A stretch of 64,000 nt of DNA from Acidobacteriota bacterium (GCA_965217775.1 CBDCJH010000002.1:5920001-5984000); one strand, 5' to 3'; positions 37,787-48,903 are shown, counted from the stretch's first letter. Notes: a model not told the origin generated them from the sequence alone. Program-made: numbers and translations.

Positions 37787-39359
37787 ATGGTCACATACGC
37801 GAAAAATGGATCGGCCGGAGGGGTTGCCTGGTCATGAGAGCCGGAACTATTACCGTTCGGCAGGTCAGGGGAAGCTCTCCCCGCTGCGAGAATATGAGAT
37901 GGACTTCAGCACCCGCTCCATCCTCACCGGCATCACCGCAAACTTCGCCTACGAGCTCACCGGCAACAACCGGATCCGGTTCCAGAACTTCTTCAGCAAG
38001 GACACCAGCGACGAGTCCCGGTTCTTCGAGGGTTTCGACTCGGACGGGCAACAGCGGGTCCGCAACCAGCGCATCCGCATGATCGAGGAGGACGTGGGCT
38101 CCACCAAGGTCTCGGGTGAGCATTACCTGACCGCCCTGGGCCACAGCTTCCTGACTTGGCGCCTGTCTTATTCCCTCTCGACTCTGGACGAACCGGATCT
38201 GAGAGAGGCCCTCTACGAAGAGCGGAACGACCGCTTCCTGCTGGCCGACGAGAGCCAGAGCGGCTTCCGGCTCTTCAACGACCTGGACGAAAACATCTGG
38301 GAGCCGGGTCTCGACTGGACCACCTACTTCAACCGCGGGATCGTGAACAGCTCCATCAAGGTCGGCGCGTCCTACCGGTCGCGCCAGCGGGACTTCCTCT
38401 CGCGGCGGTTCCGGTTCGTTCCCCTGCGGACGGCGGGGATCGATCTGGCACGGGCGCCGGAGCAGATCTTCGCCCCCGAGAGTATCCATCCCAGCGGATT
38501 CGAGCTGCGGGAGGAGACGCGCCCCACCGACACCTACGACGCCAAGCAATTGACCCGCGCCGGTTACGCCATGTGGGATCTGTCCATCAACAATTGGCGG
38601 TTCATCGGTGGCGCGCGGGTGGAGGCCGACTCGCAACGCGTTGAAACCTTCGATCCCTTCGACCGAACGGCCCCCACGGGCGTCTCAACGCGCTTGGACA
38701 ACACGGACCTGCTCCCCGCCTTCTCGGTGGTGTACCGCCTCGACAACGACATGAATCTGCGGGGTGGCTACGGCAGAACCCTGAATCGTCCCGAGTTTCG
38801 CGAACTGTCTCCCTTCGAGTTCACCGACGTCGTGGGAGGCCGAGCCGTGGTTGGAAACCCGGAACTGGTCCGGGCCCGGATCCGGAACTGGGACGTTCGG
38901 TGGGAATGGTTCATGAGTTCCAATGAACTGCTTTCGGCCAGCTTCTTCTTCAAGGACTTCGAGAACCCCATTGAAAGAGAGATCCAGTTGACCGCTCAGC
39001 TCAGGACCTCCTTCATCAACGCGCAGGGCGCCAAGAATCTGGGGATGGAGTTGGAGACACGCAAGAACCTGGGCGGCCTCTCGTCAGCTCTTCAGAACTT
39101 CTTCGTCTCGGCCAACTACACCTTGGTCGACTCGGCGGTGGAAATCTCCCGGGAGCAGGCTCCGTTGCTCACCAACTTGAATCGGGCGCTGGAAGGACAA
39201 TCCCGGCACGTTTTCAACGGGGTCCTTCAGTACGAGCACCCGACCGCCGAGTCCATGGCCCGGCTGCTCTACAACTACCAGGGGGACCGGATTCAGCGAT
39301 CGTATCGAATCGGACGGAGCTTCTCCGTCAGTATTTCCAAGACTTTCTTCAGAGAGTAG
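37787..39359 (+). pseudogene. TonB-dependent receptor remnant (partial barrel only)
   Basis: Barrel motifs NLRGGYGRTLNRPEFREL, GNPEL, D.RWEWF, G.ELE; no signal or plug domain; strong RBS-ATG at 37787 stops after 16 codons; last strands look deleted. Confidence 0.8.
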
Positions 39360-39401
39360 ACGACCAACCCTGAATCACTTGTAGGAAAGGAGCCAAGACC
39401 C

Positions 39402-40980
39402 GTGCGAAGAACCATTGCGGTAATGATTCTGACTTTGATCCCGATCCTGGCGGTCGCCAATCTGGCGGCGGCTGCGGAGGGTGGCGGAGCGGCTGGGGAC
39501 GTCCAGTTCGTGCGGATGATGGATCAGTCCAGCGGCCCTCACGCCAGCATCTTTCTGCGGACGAACGAAGTGGGCTATTTGACCCAGTTCGACGATCCGC
39601 GGAACCAGATCATGGTGATGGTGGACCTGGACCCCAACGGCCACATGTACGATAAGACCTATTTCATTTCTTTCCTGAATAAGGAGACGGGTGAGTCACG
39701 GTACCTCGATGTGATCGGTGGCCGACTGCAGGAGGCCTCCGAAGGAATCGTTGATTTCGAAGGGAATCCCCCCGGATCGGTCAACGCCTATCCCATTCCG
39801 TCCCTTGCGGCGCCCCTGAACACTCTCGTAGGCCCCCCGCCTGCTCCCGTGAGCACGTTGGATCCCGGTGACTTGGGCGCCGGCCGCTGGGCCGTTGTCT
39901 TCGACATCCGGGACGTCACCGGAACCCGGATCTTCCAGCGTGCCTATTGGCATTTCGTCATCGCCGGGCAGGCGATGGAACTGCCCGCCGAGATCAACGC
40001 CGATATGACGCTTGACTGGAGGACCCTCTGGATTCTGCCATCGCGACTGCATACCGTTGGTCCTGGCGCCACCCTGACCATCGAGCCCGGCACGGTGCTG
40101 TTGGGTGCCGACATCGCGACCCTGCTGATTGGACGGGGCGGTCGGATTCATGCCGAGGGAACCGCGCTCAGCCCGATCATCATGACCTCCGACGAGAGCG
40201 TGGGGTCCCGGCGCGTCCAGGGTTGGGGCGGACTGGTGCTCGCCGGCAACGCTCCCATCAATGGTTGCGAGGGAGGCAATTGTGAAGGAGACGTCGAGGG
40301 TGTGAGCAATGCCCAATACGGCGGCAATGATCCGGCGGATGACGGGGAGTGCTGAAATATGTCCGAGTGGAATTTGCGGGAGCAGAGTTCTCGCCCGAAA
40401 ACGAGCTCAACGGTATCGCCTTCCACGGTATCGGAAACCAGACCGAAGTCGACTATGTCCAGGTCCATTACAAGAAGGATGACGGCATAGAGATGTTCCG
40501 GGGTACCGCCAATATCAGACACGCACTCCTGACGGGGGTTGCCGACGACAGCCTCGATTACACGGAAGGCTGGGTGGGCAAGGCTCAGTTCATCTGCATC
40601 CAGCAGGACAAGTCCGATGCCGACAACGGTTTCGAGTTCGACAGCAACGGCGACGCCAACGATCTGCTGCCCCGCTCCAATCCCACGATTTCGAATGTGA
40701 CGCCGGTGGTTACGGGGTTGACGCCTGGATCCGGGGTGCGTCCCAGATGAATCGCTTTGCCGATTCGGCGAGTGGAGTCGGGTTGGCCGATCCGTTCAAC
40801 GCTCTTTCCCCCGACTTCTGGCCCATGCCCAACTCCATGGCCCTTGACGTGAACTACGTCAAGACGCTGCCGGAAGACGGTTTCTTCACGCCGGTGACCT
40901 ATGCGGGTTGTGTGGGCCCGAACGACGATTGGACCCACAGCTGGAGCACCAGTGAACCGTCACTTGCCTCTGGGAACTAG
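39402..40980 (+). pseudogene. Secreted beta-helix-like protein split into three ORFs (39402-40355, 40349-40750, 40747-40980)
   Basis: Continuous motif GATLTIEPGT...WGGLVLAGNAPIN...YGGNDPADD/GVLKYVRVEFAG...DDGIEMF is broken by a frameshift at about 40345; second break near 40700-40750. Confidence 0.8.
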
Positions 40981-41054
40981 TCAGCCGGAGGACTTCAGGG
41001 CGGGCTCGGCGGTTGTCGCCGGGCCCGCCGCAGCACGGCGTATCGCGCAACAGG

Positions 41055-41637
41055 ATGACGATGCTGTCAGATAGGCTCCAATCCACGAGGAAATCTGTGG
41101 CGAGCCCCTGGCTCTTGGGAATCGGGGGCATGGTGGTCCTGGCAGCGTCCCTGGCGTTGCTGTTGAGCGGATTCAGCCACAGTTCGCTGCTGTTCGAAGA
41201 CGGCGAGTTGAAGGGTTCCGCGGTCTCGCCGCATGCGTTGGGGCGCCTTCTGCTGGAGAGGCTGCGAGAAGGGGATCTCTCGGAGGTCGCCCAACTCGGG
41301 CTTTCCAAGGAGGAGTGGGTCCGCCACGTCGGGCCGGTGAGTGCGGCGAATCGGCCCGGCTCCAATTTCACACCCGATTTCGTCTGGGGTCCGGACGCCT
41401 TCAGGAGCCGGCGAGATCTTTCCGACACCGTGCGGCGTTATAGTGATAAAGAGTTGGAGTTGATACGGGTCCGATTCCGGAAGGGAATATCGGGACTATG
41501 ACGGCTTTCGCCTGCACCGGGACGCCCGCTTGGAGGTGGGTCTTCCGGACGGCGGCAAACGGGAATTGAAGCTGTTCGGTTCCGTCTTCGAGCGAAACGG
41601 GGAGTTCAAGATCTTTAGCTTCAAGACTGACAATTGA
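41055..41637 (+). pseudogene. Conserved-looking hypothetical protein with a frameshift near 41490
   Basis: The ORF ends at 41501, but a shifted frame continues RDYDGFRLHRDARLEVGLPDGGKRELKLFGSVFERNGEFKIFSFKTDN to TGA at 41635-41637. Confidence 0.65.
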
Positions 41638-41655
41638 AGCGGGGGAGGAAAAAGA

Positions 41656-42408
41656 ATGTCGGGTTTCAGAATTCTAATTTTGTCCATTTTCTGCGGGGCG
41701 GTCCTGGCCCAGGACCAACCCGTATACGTTGCCCAGGTGGGTCACGGCGGCGGGTTCGAGACGACGCTCAGCTTCGTCGGACTCACCAACACCACCACGA
41801 ACGTCCTGATCGAAACCTTCGATGAAGACGGCGACCCCATCGCTCTCCTGGACCGGCCCAGCCTCACCAGTCAGTTCGGCGTTCCTGGAGGAGGTGCAGC
41901 GAGCAGCTACGGCATCGAGGTGTCTGCTAAGGGAACGCGAGAAGTCCGGAGCCTGAACGAAAACGAGGCCGTGATCCAAGTGGGCTATGCGAAGATCACA
42001 TCCGACAGCGCGGTTGGTGTGGAAGTCGTGTTCCGCAATTTTGCGAACGGCGTTCGAGTCACCACGACCAGCGTCCTGCCGGAGAGTCCGACGATGGCTT
42101 TCTCGATACTGGCCTACGGGCGAACCGGATTTGCGCTCTTGAATCCGCCTGACAACGGCGGAGCTGCAGAGGTCACGGTGACCCTTTTTGACGGTGCCGG
42201 CAGGATGGTAACGGAAACCGAGTTCTCGTTGGAGGCCGGCAGCAAAACGACGAAATTCCTCTATGAGGAGCCTTTCTTCGATCGGACGCTCGTGCCGGCC
42301 GATTTCTTCGGGTCCGTAGAGATCAGTTCGACCCAGCCGGTGGTGCCAGTTGTCATCAAACTCGAAGGCAGCGCCTTGGTCACCCAGACGGTACAGCCCG
42401 CCCGATAG
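41656..42408 (+). CDS. Secreted protein made of two modules like those of 5725-8637
   Basis: Signal peptide, GGAGG RBS; VAQVGHGGGFETTL, RTGFALLNP, GSVEISSTQPV resemble RTGLAFLYP and GSITVSSDQPI. Confidence 0.75.
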   Translation: MSGFRILILSIFCGAVLAQDQPVYVAQVGHGGGFETTLSFVGLTNTTTNVLIETFDEDGDPIALLDRPSLTSQFGVPGGGAASSYGIEVSAKGTREVRSLNENEAVIQVGYAKITSDSAVGVEVVFRNFANGVRVTTTSVLPESPTMAFSILAYGRTGFALLNPPDNGGAAEVTVTLFDGAGRMVTETEFSLEAGSKTTKFLYEEPFFDRTLVPADFFGSVEISSTQPVVPVVIKLEGSALVTQTVQPAR

Positions 42409-42558
42409 ATCAAATCACGTTCGGCGCCGGCGGCGGTTGCCGCCGGTGCCGGCGCGGACCGCACCCAGACGCCGAGAATCGTCGCGGCGCAACCTCACTG
42501 GCCCTCGCCGGCCGCAGCTTCCCAACGCTTTTTCTCCTCGTCCGTCCGTCCTGGTCTT

Positions 42559-43869
42559 CTAGATCTTCTCCGGCAGCGTCCAAGGCTCCCGGTACGACTT
42601 GGTGAGCATGGCATTGGCTTCCGAGTCGTGGGGAAAGGTTTCCGTCTCAGGATCGAACTCCAGGACGCGGCCGACCCGGTACGCGATCTCGGCCAAGTGA
42701 ATGACGCCGCAACTCAGATGGGCTACGTCGGCCGGAGCATACGGTTGCTTGCGGGTCTTGACGGAATCCAGGAAGTTGTCCATGTGGGCTCTCGAGTTCT
42801 GGCGGAACTCCCGTCCCGTGACGCCCGGTCCCTTCTCCTCCTTGCGGCCCATGTAGACCTGGAAGTGGCCGCGGCGGGAGAAGATCATGTAGCCCTCCGT
42901 CCCGTAGAAGGCATTGCCGTTGTCGTACCCATGGAGCCCGTACGGAGTCCACAACCGGTCCTCGTAGAGAAGCACCTTCCCTTCGGCGTACTGGAGGGCC
43001 ACCGTCATGTTGTCCGGGTACTCCCGCTCCCCCTCCAGATCGATGGTGCTGCCGTGGGACGTGATCCGGACGGGATGGGTCGTCACACCCAGGGCCCAGC
43101 AGGCCATGTCGATGTCGTGGGCGCCGTCGTCCCCCATGTCTCCGTTTCCATAGTCCCGATAGACGCGCCAACTCCGGTGGAAACGATTGGGGTTGAAGGG
43201 ACGCTTGGGCGCAGGACCCAACCACCGGTCGTAGTCCACGCCGTCGGGGACGGGACCGTCGGGCTTGGGCTCCAGGGCGTTGCCGCGCTGGACGTTCCAG
43301 GCCTTGGTCATCTTGATCTCACCCATCAGGCCCGACTTCAGCACCTCCGCAGCCCGCAGCGTCACATTGGTGGAGCGCATCTGGGTTCCGTGCTGCACGA
43401 TCCGGTCGTACTTTCGGGCGGCCTCGACCAGAAGCCGACCCTCCCGGAAGACGTGAGAAGCGGGTTTCTCCACGTAGAGGTCCTTTCCCGATTGCAGAAC
43501 CGGGATGGCGATGGGGATGTGCCAGTGGTGGGGTGTGGCCACCACCACGGCGTGAATGGAGGCGTCTTCCAGAAGCCGCCGGTAGTCCTTCACCAGCCGG
43601 GGTTTCTTGCGATTCGCCTTCTGGACCGTGCCGGAAACCTGTTCCAGAACCGCGTCGTCCACGTCGCACACGCAGGCGATGTGGACGTCTTCTCTCAGGA
43701 GCAGGTTCCTCAGATGGCCGCGTCCCATGCCGCCGGCCCCGATGAGACCCACGGATATCTGATCGTTAAGCGACGCCCGGGAGGCCTTCAGAGCCGGCGC
43801 GGCAAGTGTTGCGGCAGCCGTGGTTCCGGCCAGAGCGGTGAGGAATTCTCTTCGAGCTACGGATTTCAT
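42559..43869 (-). CDS. Gfo/Idh/MocA oxidoreductase with Tat signal
   Basis: RREFL, GLIGAGGMG, ATPHHWH, YVEKP, WLGPAP. Confidence 0.92.
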   Translation of the reverse strand: MKSVARREFLTALAGTTAAATLAAPALKASRASLNDQISVGLIGAGGMGRGHLRNLLLREDVHIACVCDVDDAVLEQVSGTVQKANRKKPRLVKDYRRLLEDASIHAVVVATPHHWHIPIAIPVLQSGKDLYVEKPASHVFREGRLLVEAARKYDRIVQHGTQMRSTNVTLRAAEVLKSGLMGEIKMTKAWNVQRGNALEPKPDGPVPDGVDYDRWLGPAPKRPFNPNRFHRSWRVYRDYGNGDMGDDGAHDIDMACWALGVTTHPVRITSHGSTIDLEGEREYPDNMTVALQYAEGKVLLYEDRLWTPYGLHGYDNGNAFYGTEGYMIFSRRGHFQVYMGRKEEKGPGVTGREFRQNSRAHMDNFLDSVKTRKQPYAPADVAHLSCGVIHLAEIAYRVGRVLEFDPETETFPHDSEANAMLTKSYREPWTLPEKI

Positions 43870-43988
43870 GCCGATTTCCTTTCCGTTTTCGAAATTCAAC
43901 GGTCAACAGTGACTAACCGGCAGCGCATCCGCGCTGGGATGCCGCGCCGGTCAAATGGCGCTCCGGCTCTTGCCGTATGCAGCCGATA

Positions 43989-45053
43989 TCAGACGTCGAC
44001 GCCGGACGCCTGCAGCAGGGCTCGCTGCACTGCAAGATCGTGCTCCGGCGTGAAGAATTCGACCCCTCTGCCTCCGCGGATGGCTCCGGCCAGATCGTCC
44101 ACGTCGGGCAGGTAGCGGGGCGAAGGTCCCACCGGCACGTCGTGGACTCCGGCGCCGAATTCACCGTGAGGATGGCTCAGGGCCAGCCTCACCCTTGGAC
44201 GGTCGGGAGAGTCGATCTGGATGGAGCCCTCCTCTCCGAAGACGTAGAAATAACGGCTCCCGTTGAGGCTGTGGCTCTTGACCACGGCCACCGCTAGGTC
44301 GAACTCGAAAGTGGCCAGCACGTCGTCCTCCAACTGGTCCGGAACCGGATCGCTGTGCCGCAGCACCGGGCTGACGCGATTGGGAGCGCCCAGGAGCCAG
44401 ATCAGGGCGTCGATCATGTGGCCGCAGATCTCGAACATCTGTCCGCCGGGGTAGTTGTCGAGGCGCCGCCGGCCGACCGGACTCAAGGTATCGTTCATCT
44501 GGCAGACGGCGGATCGAATCGGGCCCAGCCAACCCTCCCGGATGGCTCGGTGGGCCAGCCGGAAGGCGGGATTGTAGCGATAGACATACCCCATCTGAAT
44601 CAGCAGGTTCCGGCGGCCGGCTTCCTGGAAGAGACGCTTCAGGGCCGTCAGATCGGCCCCTGGAGGCTTGTCGATCTTCAGGTGCTTGTTGGCGACAATC
44701 GCCCGGTGGGAGTAGCGCAGGGCCTCCAGCGGATCGGTTTCGACGCACACCATCCGCACCCGGTCGTCTCTCAGGACCTCATCGACGCTGGTCCAGGGAA
44801 CGCCTTCCCAGCGGGGACTCTTCTCGGCCCGGGCGCGCAGCTCGGGGTCCGGCTCCGCCACGCCCAGAACTTCGTAGTTGGAGGACTTCCGCAGCGTCTG
44901 CAGGTGGCCCACGGCGTGGGAATGGACGGTGCCGATAATGGCGGCCCCGATGGGGTGCGACGCCGCGGGAGCGGCGGCACGCGCCTCCAGGGCCGCCAGA
45001 CCCGCCGCCGCGGCCGTGTGGGTGAGGAACTGACGTCTGGCGATCTCAGTCAT
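43989..45053 (-). CDS. Gfo/Idh/MocA oxidoreductase with Tat signal
   Basis: RRQFL, IIGTVHSHA, IDKP, MGYVYRYNP, GHMID. Confidence 0.88.
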   Translation of the reverse strand: MTEIARRQFLTHTAAAAGLAALEARAAAPAASHPIGAAIIGTVHSHAVGHLQTLRKSSNYEVLGVAEPDPELRARAEKSPRWEGVPWTSVDEVLRDDRVRMVCVETDPLEALRYSHRAIVANKHLKIDKPPGADLTALKRLFQEAGRRNLLIQMGYVYRYNPAFRLAHRAIREGWLGPIRSAVCQMNDTLSPVGRRRLDNYPGGQMFEICGHMIDALIWLLGAPNRVSPVLRHSDPVPDQLEDDVLATFEFDLAVAVVKSHSLNGSRYFYVFGEEGSIQIDSPDRPRVRLALSHPHGEFGAGVHDVPVGPSPRYLPDVDDLAGAIRGGRGVEFFTPEHDLAVQRALLQASGVDV

Positions 45054-45155
45054 TCGGTTGTCTCCCGGAGTAGGTGCCGACTAGCATAATCCAGCGCCTT
45101 ACGCGCATCAATCATGCCTTGCCTCACCTCCTCCGGTGTGATTCTATTTGAGCCA

Positions 45156-46565
45156 ATGATCGACACTCCGGATCGGCCAAACCGCCGCCGTTTCCTTTCC
45201 AGAACCGCACTGGCGGCGGGGTCGGCCGCCGGCGTTTCGCTGCCCGCCGCCCTGGCCTGTAATCCGAGTTCCAGCCCTGCCATCGCCACCCCCTTGGATC
45301 TGACTGTGGCGCGGACGGAGACCGTGACGGTCAACGTCCCCTTCCGTCCGGTACCGGCCCGGAACATGATCCGGGAAATCCCCCACTGGACGGTGTTCGA
45401 AATCTGCCGGGTGGAGCTCAAGTGCGGGGTCAGCGGATTCGGCGAGACCATGGAGTACTACACCTGGAGCCGGGTTTCGGAGGAGAGCCTGCAGCGGGTC
45501 CGGGGAAAAAACGCTGCCGAGCTCATGTGGGACGATTCCCTGGGCGCCGGCCTTCAAATGGCTCTCTTCGACGCTGTCGGCAAGGCCTGGGGCGTTCCCT
45601 GCCACCGGCTGCTGGGACATCAGGTCCGGGAGCGGGCGCCGATCAGTTGGTGGGACATCGACATGCCCGGCTCCGACTGGGTCCTGGAGTGCGCCGAGGC
45701 GATGCGGCAGGGCTACAAGGCCTTCAAGACCAAGGGCCGGCCCTGGTTCGACCTGGACCAGCAGTTGGCGACCCTGATGCCGACTCTTCCCGAAGACTTC
45801 GAAGTGGACATGGACTTCAACGGGTTTCTCCTGGACGCCGACCGGGGCGCCGAGCGGCTCAAGCGCTGGGAGGCGTATCCGCAGATCGCCATCTACGAGA
45901 CCCCCATCCCCCAGGGCGACATCCCGGGAAACCAGCGCCTCAAAGCGGCCACCCGGGTCCCCATCGCCATGCACTACGGGAATCCGGAGCCGGCCGTGGC
46001 GATCCGTGAAGAGGTCTGCGACGGGTTTGTGGTGGGGGGCGGGGCCTCCAGGGTGATGGGAGCCGGGCACTTCTCGGCCGAGGTGGACCTGCCCTTCTGG
46101 CTCCAGTTGGTGGGGACCACCATCACGGCCACCTTCTCCCTCCACCTGGGAGCCGTCCTCAAGCAGGCGGTCTGGCCGGCGGTGAACTGCCATCAACTCT
46201 ACACTCACGCCATGGTGCGCCAGCCCATGCGGGTGTCGGGAGGGACGGCTCCGATCCCGGAGGGTCCCGGTCTGGGCGTGGATCTGGATGAGGACGCGGT
46301 GGAACGGTTTCGCATGGAGCCCCTCAAGGAAAGGCCCTACCCGGCTCCGGGGCTCCTGATCGGAATCCGGTGGCCGTCCGGCCGCACCAGCTACTACACC
46401 CACGCGCGCCAGTACTGGGAAGATTTCCATGCGGACAAGCTTCCGGTTTTCGAGTCCGGCGTGGATCTCAAGAGTATCCCGGACGACGGGTCGACGGCGT
46501 GGAGAAAGCTGCAGGCCCAGGCGCAGGAGGGGGGAGTGCACCTGGAGGAGCCCCGATTGTGGTAA
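45156..46565 (+). CDS. Enolase-superfamily (mandelate racemase/muconate lactonizing enzyme) protein with Tat signal
   Basis: RRRFL, GFGE, ALFDAVGKAWGVP...LLG, KTK, DFN, ETP, PEGPGLGV.LDE. Confidence 0.85.
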   Translation: MIDTPDRPNRRRFLSRTALAAGSAAGVSLPAALACNPSSSPAIATPLDLTVARTETVTVNVPFRPVPARNMIREIPHWTVFEICRVELKCGVSGFGETMEYYTWSRVSEESLQRVRGKNAAELMWDDSLGAGLQMALFDAVGKAWGVPCHRLLGHQVRERAPISWWDIDMPGSDWVLECAEAMRQGYKAFKTKGRPWFDLDQQLATLMPTLPEDFEVDMDFNGFLLDADRGAERLKRWEAYPQIAIYETPIPQGDIPGNQRLKAATRVPIAMHYGNPEPAVAIREEVCDGFVVGGGASRVMGAGHFSAEVDLPFWLQLVGTTITATFSLHLGAVLKQAVWPAVNCHQLYTHAMVRQPMRVSGGTAPIPEGPGLGVDLDEDAVERFRMEPLKERPYPAPGLLIGIRWPSGRTSYYTHARQYWEDFHADKLPVFESGVDLKSIPDDGSTAWRKLQAQAQEGGVHLEEPRLW

Positions 46566-46591
46566 TCACCCGAGCCCGAGGAGGACACGAA

Positions 46592-48061
46592 GTGTTGTTG
46601 CTGAGACTGGTCGCCGGCCTGTTGCTGTTGTCTTCGACGAACCTGCCGGCAAAGGATGCGAAGGCGCCGGTGCCGTTGGATCTGGGCTCACGCCTCGAAC
46701 TCTTCGTCGACGACTACCTCATCGAGTCCATGAAGGGGCTGGAGCAGAGACTGCATCACCCCGTGTCCGCGGGAAAGATCCTCACCCTGGACCGGCCCTG
46801 GGAAGGCATCACCTGCGATTATCAGGTGGTCTTCAAGGATGGGGACCTCTACCGCATGTACTATCGCGGAAGCAGTCACGAGGGCTACACCATCCCGTCG
46901 TTCCTGAAGCCGGGAGAGACGGTGGTCCCGGTGCATCCCCAGTTCGCGCTTTACGCCGAGAGTCCCGACGGCTTGACCTGGACGCGGCCGGAACTGGGGT
47001 TGATCGAGTTCAACGGTTCCAAGCAGAACAACATCGTCCTGGAGGGAGACGGGGCCCACAATCTGGCGCCCTTCCGGGACCGGAACCCGGCTGCTACCGA
47101 GTCGCAACGTTACAAGGCGGTCGGTTCCGGCTCGCTCAACCGGAATCCGGTCCTATGGGGGTTCGTCTCGCCCGACGGCCTGAGATGGAGCAAGATCCGA
47201 GAGGAACCCGTCATCACCGACGGCAAGTTCGATTCCCTGAACGTGGCCTTCTGGGACACGATCCGGAAAGAGTACGTGGCCATCTACCGGGATTTCCGGC
47301 ACGGGGTCCGAACCATCCGCCACTCGACGTCACCGGATTTCGTGAACTGGACGAAGGGTGAATGGGGCCAGTTCGGCGACGTGGAGCGGGACCATCTCTA
47401 CACCAACGCCACCACACCCTATTTCCGTGCGCCCCAGATCTACCTGGCGTTCCCCCGGAGGTACATCCCTTGGAAGACCCGTCTCAGCGAGTCCCCTTGG
47501 CCGGGAGCCTCGGACACGGTCTTCATGACCAGCCGCGACGGTGTCCACTGGGACCGGCGTTTCATGGAGTCGTTCATTCGGCCCGGACGGCAGAGGCGGG
47601 CCTGGATGCATCGCACCAATCTGGCCTCGTGGGGCGTCGTTCCCACGGGCCCCGATGAGATCTCCCTCTACGTGCTCCGGGAACGGGATTTCCCCTCGGT
47701 CCATTTCGAGCGCATGGTCCTCCGGACCGACGGCTTCGTCTCCCTTCGAGCCGGCTACTCCGGAGGCGAACTGGCGACCCGGCTGTTCACCTTCGACGGC
47801 GGCGCCTTGGTGCTGAACTTCTCCACTTCGGCCGCCGGGAGCATCCGGCTGGAGTTGCAGGACATCAATGGTCATCCCGTCCCCGGTTTCTCTCTGGCCG
47901 ACTCCCCGCTCATATTCGGAGACGAAATCGAACACCGCGTCGAATGGGAGCGCCCCACCGGCCAGACCGACCGGGAACCCTTGAAGCACTTGTCCGGCAA
48001 ACCCCTGCGGTTGCGCTTCGTGATGAAGGACGCGGATCTCTATTCCATCCGATTCCAGTGA
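46592..48061 (+). CDS. Secreted glycoside-hydrolase-like beta-propeller protein, paralog 2
   Basis: GTG behind GAGGAGG; ELFVDD, RPWEG, YAESPDGLTW.RPELG, FDSLN, RTDGFVSL, DADLYSIRF. Confidence 0.82.
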   Translation: MLLLRLVAGLLLLSSTNLPAKDAKAPVPLDLGSRLELFVDDYLIESMKGLEQRLHHPVSAGKILTLDRPWEGITCDYQVVFKDGDLYRMYYRGSSHEGYTIPSFLKPGETVVPVHPQFALYAESPDGLTWTRPELGLIEFNGSKQNNIVLEGDGAHNLAPFRDRNPAATESQRYKAVGSGSLNRNPVLWGFVSPDGLRWSKIREEPVITDGKFDSLNVAFWDTIRKEYVAIYRDFRHGVRTIRHSTSPDFVNWTKGEWGQFGDVERDHLYTNATTPYFRAPQIYLAFPRRYIPWKTRLSESPWPGASDTVFMTSRDGVHWDRRFMESFIRPGRQRRAWMHRTNLASWGVVPTGPDEISLYVLRERDFPSVHFERMVLRTDGFVSLRAGYSGGELATRLFTFDGGALVLNFSTSAAGSIRLELQDINGHPVPGFSLADSPLIFGDEIEHRVEWERPTGQTDREPLKHLSGKPLRLRFVMKDADLYSIRFQ

Positions 48062-48072
48062 GGATCCCTGGG

Positions 48073-48903
48073 TTGACCGAGAGAACAGCCGGGAGCGCAT
48101 TCGGGACCGGTCGCCTCGAGGCCGAGGTGAGGCGGGCGCGCTCGGCGCCGGTTCTCAGACGGGAATTCCTGAAGCGGAGTCTGGTGGCGGCGGGGGCCGC
48201 AACCGCCGCCGGAAGCCGGATGCCCCAAACCTCCGCCGCGCCCGGTCCGGTCCGGGTCCTCTGCTGGTCGGAGCGGACGGAACCCAAGGAGGTCTATCCG
48301 GAGGGGATCAGCGGGGCCATCGCCCGGCACCTCCGCTCCGTCCCCGAGGTGACCGTCCAGACCGCCTCCATTCGGGATCCGAACCAGGGGCTCGCCTCAT
48401 CGGTCCTGGACGGCACCGACGTTTTGATCTGGTGGGGACACAAGAAGCACAAGGACGTCCTCTTCGACCGTGTCGCCGACGTGGTGGCCCGGGTGCGGGC
48501 GGGCCGGCTGGGGTTCATCGGGCTGCACTCGGCCCACTGGTCCAAGATGTTCAAGAGCATCCTGGAGTGCACCGGGAACCTCGGGGGCTGGAGGCACGGC
48601 GCCGGGCCGGAGCATCTGAAGGTGGTGGCTCCGTCGCACCCCATCGCGCGGGGGATTTCGGACTTCACCATCCCAGAGACGGAGATGTACGACGAGCCCT
48701 TCGACGTACCGCCGCCGGAGAAAGTGGTCTTGTTCGGCTACTGGGCCACGGGAGAACAGTTTCGCAGCGGTTGCGTCTGGACGGTGGGCAAGGGGAGGGT
48801 CTTCTATTTTCGTCCCGGTCATGAAACCGACCCCGTGTATTTCCATAAGGAGCCGCTTCAGGTGGTGGCCAACGCCGTCCAATGGTGCGCCCACCGGACC
48901 TGA
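48073..48903 (+). CDS. ThuA (trehalose utilization)-like protein with Tat signal
   Basis: RREFLK, VYPEGI, DVLIWWGH, LHSAHWSK, EMYDEPF, FRSG, FYFRPGHET; start uncertain (48073 or 48127). Confidence 0.88.
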   Translation: MTERTAGSAFGTGRLEAEVRRARSAPVLRREFLKRSLVAAGAATAAGSRMPQTSAAPGPVRVLCWSERTEPKEVYPEGISGAIARHLRSVPEVTVQTASIRDPNQGLASSVLDGTDVLIWWGHKKHKDVLFDRVADVVARVRAGRLGFIGLHSAHWSKMFKSILECTGNLGGWRHGAGPEHLKVVAPSHPIARGISDFTIPETEMYDEPFDVPPPEKVVLFGYWATGEQFRSGCVWTVGKGRVFYFRPGHETDPVYFHKEPLQVVANAVQWCAHRT

